From NCBI GenBank assembly GCA_951406725.2, contig OX597830.1, positions 9,362,001 through 9,426,000 of the forward strand: 64,000 nt of DNA, in the 5' to 3' direction. Below are positions 60,136 through 64,000 of the stretch, piece after piece. This DNA comes from Octopus vulgaris. Taxonomy: Eukaryota. Below the pieces are notes generated by a model, which saw only the letters and a program-made list of their open reading frames with translations, was not told the DNA's origin and ran no database searches. Both the position numbers and the translations under genes were made by a program. Each line of letters starts with the position of its first letter. Positions within the stretch are counted from its first letter, which is position 1.

Positions 60136-60509
60136 GCTAGGTCCATGACCAATGCCTGACCAATGCTTGACCAGTGTCTTAATAATGAGTGGTTAATGGC
60201 TGGCCAGAGAACGAAGAGAGCTTGACCAGTATGTGACCAGACTGGGGGTAGTCTCCGACTAATTTGTGAATAATGAATGGTCAGCGGGTGATCGATGATT
60301 GAGCAGAGTGACCGGTGATTGAGTGGCCAGGCTGTGGCTAGAGTTTGAACAATGACTGAGCAGAGAGAATGGCGAGTATGGGATCAGGGTTTGTCCAACG
60401 AGAGAGCAGTATGTGGTTATTGTGTGTGAGAGGTGGTTACGGCCGGTGGGGTTTAGGATAAGCCTTTCTGCTTAAATGACGCTAATCTTTACCTTAAAAC
60501 CCCTTTACT

Positions 60510-60544
<35 letters not shown>

Positions 60545-60692
60545 ACATCTACTTACACAAACATACTCACACGCTAATATTTTCGGAAATTCAATGCATG
60601 TAACAACCTGTTAATATGATGCTGTCTTAGATACATTTGTGTGTGTATGTGTTTCTGTGGGTACAATATGTGTGTGTGTGTGTGTGTGTGTG

Positions 60693-60753
<61 letters not shown>

Positions 60754-60809
60754 TCTCCCCGCCCCCCTCACTCTCTCTACACACACAGACTCACATATAT
60801 ATATATATA

Positions 60810-61476
60810 CTTTTCTACTCTCGGCACAAGGCCCGAAATATTTGGGGTGGGGGGCCAGTCCAGTAGATCGACCCCAGTACGCAACTGGTACTTAATTTAT
60901 CGACCCCGAAAGGATGATAGGCAAAGTCGATCTCGGCGGAATTTGAACTAAGAACGTAAAGACAGACGAAACACCACTAAGAATTTCGCCCGGCATGCAA
61001 ACGTTTCTGGCAGGTGTGTGTGTGTGTGTGTGTATGTTATCAATATGGTTTCAAATTTTGACACAAGGCCAGCAATTCTACTGGAAGACTAGATTACATC
61101 GACCCCTAATACTCAACTGGTACTTATTTTGTCGACCCTGAAAGGATGAATTGCAAAGTCGACCCAGGCAGTATTTGAACACTGAACGTAAGGACGGACA
61201 AAATGTCGCTAAGTATTTTGTCCGGTGTGCTAACGTTTCTTATTTCTTTTACTGCCCACAAGGGGCTAAACACAGAGGGGACAAACAAGGACAAACAAAA
61301 TGGTTAAGTCGATTACATCGACCCCAGTGCGTAACTGGTACTTAATTTATCGACCCCGAAAGGATGAAAGGCAAAGTCAACCTCGGCGGAATTTGAACTC
61401 AGAACGTAACGGCATACGAAATGTCGCTAAGCATTTCGCCCGGCGTGCTAACGGTTCTGCCAGCTCGCCCCGCCTT
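60810..61476 (-). mobile_element. three tandem or nested Meta/MESC-core SINEs
   Basis: Copies at about 60810-61012, 61050-61238 and 61241-61476. Confidence 0.85.
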
Positions 61477-61549
61477 AAACATGTTGTCTATTTCAATTGT
61501 GCAAATCATTATTTTTGTTGTCGCTTCTGATACTAAGCATATGTTTGCA

Positions 61550-61583
<34 letters not shown>

Positions 61584-62264
61584 TGTATGTGTGTGTGTGT
61601 GTGTGTGTTTGTGTGTGTGTGCAGCTGGCTGTAAAGGTGCATGCGCTGATATCAGGGTTTGAACATGCGTTTTCATTATTAAGTATATTTCTCTGTGTGC
61701 GTACGCGTCTTTACTTCGCACGCACACACACATACACACATACACACACACACACACACAAACACACGTATGTATATACGTATATATATATATATATATA
61801 TATATATCTATACAGATCTATCTTTAGCGTTAGAGCGTCCACATAGTGGATTCTCTCGCATATTTGTGTATATATTTATTTGTGTATGTATGTATGAATG
61901 TATGGATGGATAAATGGATCTGAGTGTGTGTGTGTGTGTGTGTGTGTAACTTTTAGCCATTCCGCTAACTTTTCAGACTAACATGTACCCACACATACAC
62001 ACACATACGGAAGCACACATTAAAAAAAATAAACGCACGTACACACAAACTCACGCGCAAACACGCACATGCACACACACACAGACACACTTACACATGT
62101 GTGTACAGATACACTTGTCCGTACAAGCATTACACATCTACACATACGCACACATACACGCACACACACACACACGCTCGCACATGTTCGCGTATTCACA
62201 CACGCATTCACCGTACAAACACGTAGTCACGCACACACATTCGCACGCACATTTTCACACGCGT

Positions 62265-62620
62265 TCACACACACACACACACACGCATACACACAAACAC
62301 ACACACTCAATCACACACACACACACACACAATCACTCATACACAGACGCACACACACACACGCATACACACAAACACACACACACTCAATCACACACAC
62401 ACACACAGACACAATCACTCATACACAGACGCACACACACACACGCATACACAAAACACACACACACTCAATCACACACACACACACACACATACACACA
62501 CAATCACTCATACACACACGCACACACACACACGCATACACACAAACACACACACACTCAATCACACACACACACACACACATACACACACAATCACTCA
62601 TACACACACACGCACACACA
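62265..62620. repeat. ~70-90 bp CA-rich tandem repeat, 4 copies
   Basis: cactcaatcacac..caatcactcatacac recurs four times. Confidence 0.85.
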
Positions 62621-62814
62621 CATAAGATATACGCAAACATTTTGTCGCTCGCACTTGAGGTTACAACTATTTTTGAAAGGAAGTGACCACACGCAAACAC
62701 ACACATACACAATTACATTCACACACATGAGAAAAGCGTATGCACACACACACACACACACACACTACCACCACCACAACCACCACCACACTCCTATATA
62801 TCACAGTCCTTCTA

Positions 62815-62852
<38 letters not shown>

Positions 62853-62982
62853 CACGCACACACAAGCGCATGTATGAGTGCTTTCGTCTGCTTGTATGTG
62901 CGTTTCAGCGTATACGTACGCACGTAAAAATGTATGTGTGTAAGGAACGTCTTTGAGTGCCTTTCTCACACACTCACACATA

Positions 62983-63035
<53 letters not shown>

Positions 63036-63169
63036 ATACGAACATACACTCACACAAGCACACACATAAACACAACACTCGCACACACACACATCTAGTA
63101 GTATTTACTTTTGGTTCCATCGTTCGTCCATAAATTTTTACTCCATTCTCTCTCTCTCTTTCTCTCTTT

Positions 63170-63206
<37 letters not shown>

Positions 63207-63384
63207 ATCAACACATCTCTCTGTCTGTCACTCGCTTCTATCTCGTCTCCCTCTTTTCATCTATCTCTCTCTCTCTTTTCATCTCTCTCTCACTCTCTCT
63301 CTCTCTCTCTCTCTCTCTGTCTATCTATCTATCTCTCTGATTATCCGTCCGTCCTTTCATCCATCTGTCTGTCTCTATATTCTG

Positions 63385-63467
<83 letters not shown>

Positions 63468-63728
63468 CTCTGTATCTGTCTGTCTGTCGCATAGTCCTTC
63501 ATTCTCTCTATCTCTCAACTACCCCCCTCTTACACTCTATCATCGTTCTAAATCCCCCACACGCACACACATACACACTCTCCCCCCCCTCCGCCATATC
63601 AATTTTCATTTCTTTTCATATTCAAAACTACCTGTTATCATCTTGTGTCTTCCCAGCTCTCTCTCTCTCTCTCTCTCTCTGCCATTCAGCTCACCACCGC
63701 CACCACCACCACCACCACCACCACCACC

Positions 63729-63762
<34 letters not shown>

Positions 63763-63959
63763 TCAAAGCCGCCACCGGCAATCTTCTACTGCAGTTAGTT
63801 GTTGTTTTATATATACATATATATATATAACTTGCAAGTTATCATAAAATTCTGCCAATCCAGCAATTTGCCAATTTGCCAACTCAGCAGTGATTGAACT
63901 CTACAAATTGCCAATCAGCAAAACTAAAATGAAACTTGCTTTTTCTTCGGTGAACTTAC

Positions 63960-63972
63960 GTAACTTAACCAT
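63960..63972 (-). CDS. candidate first coding mini-exon ATG GTT AAG TTA C|GTAAGT
   Basis: Good Kozak context (gagATGG), consensus GTAAGT donor, phase 1. Confidence 0.25.
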
Positions 63973-64000
63973 CTCTCTCTGTCTGTCTGTTTGTCTGCCT

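Overview
AT-rich eukaryotic DNA saturated with microsatellites and interspersed repeats. The repeat complement resembles a cephalopod (Octopus-like) genome; this is an inference. There is no intact long protein-coding gene, and nearly all ORF-track entries are microsatellite translations. Recognisable content: two mariner remnants, a Chapaev3-like transposase remnant, R4/Dong-type RLE LINE fragments in (TAA)n tracts, an RTE LINE fragment, a non-autonomous Helitron, many tRNA-derived SINEs, and a ~520-560 bp (TAA)n-targeting non-coding element in 4 copies. Three short candidate minus-strand exons may belong to one large gene. The most notable unexplained layer is a set of short non-coding elements, mostly in (TA)n tracts, that carry type I hammerhead ribozyme (HHR) motifs. 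At least 4 have canonical cores, and there are several variant or half motifs. Some occur as ~354-nt monomers with terminal redundancy and others as fold-back palindromes, consistent with Penelope-like pseudo-LTR or retrozyme-type elements. All RNA structures were folded by eye, and element boundaries are approximate unless a junction is stated.
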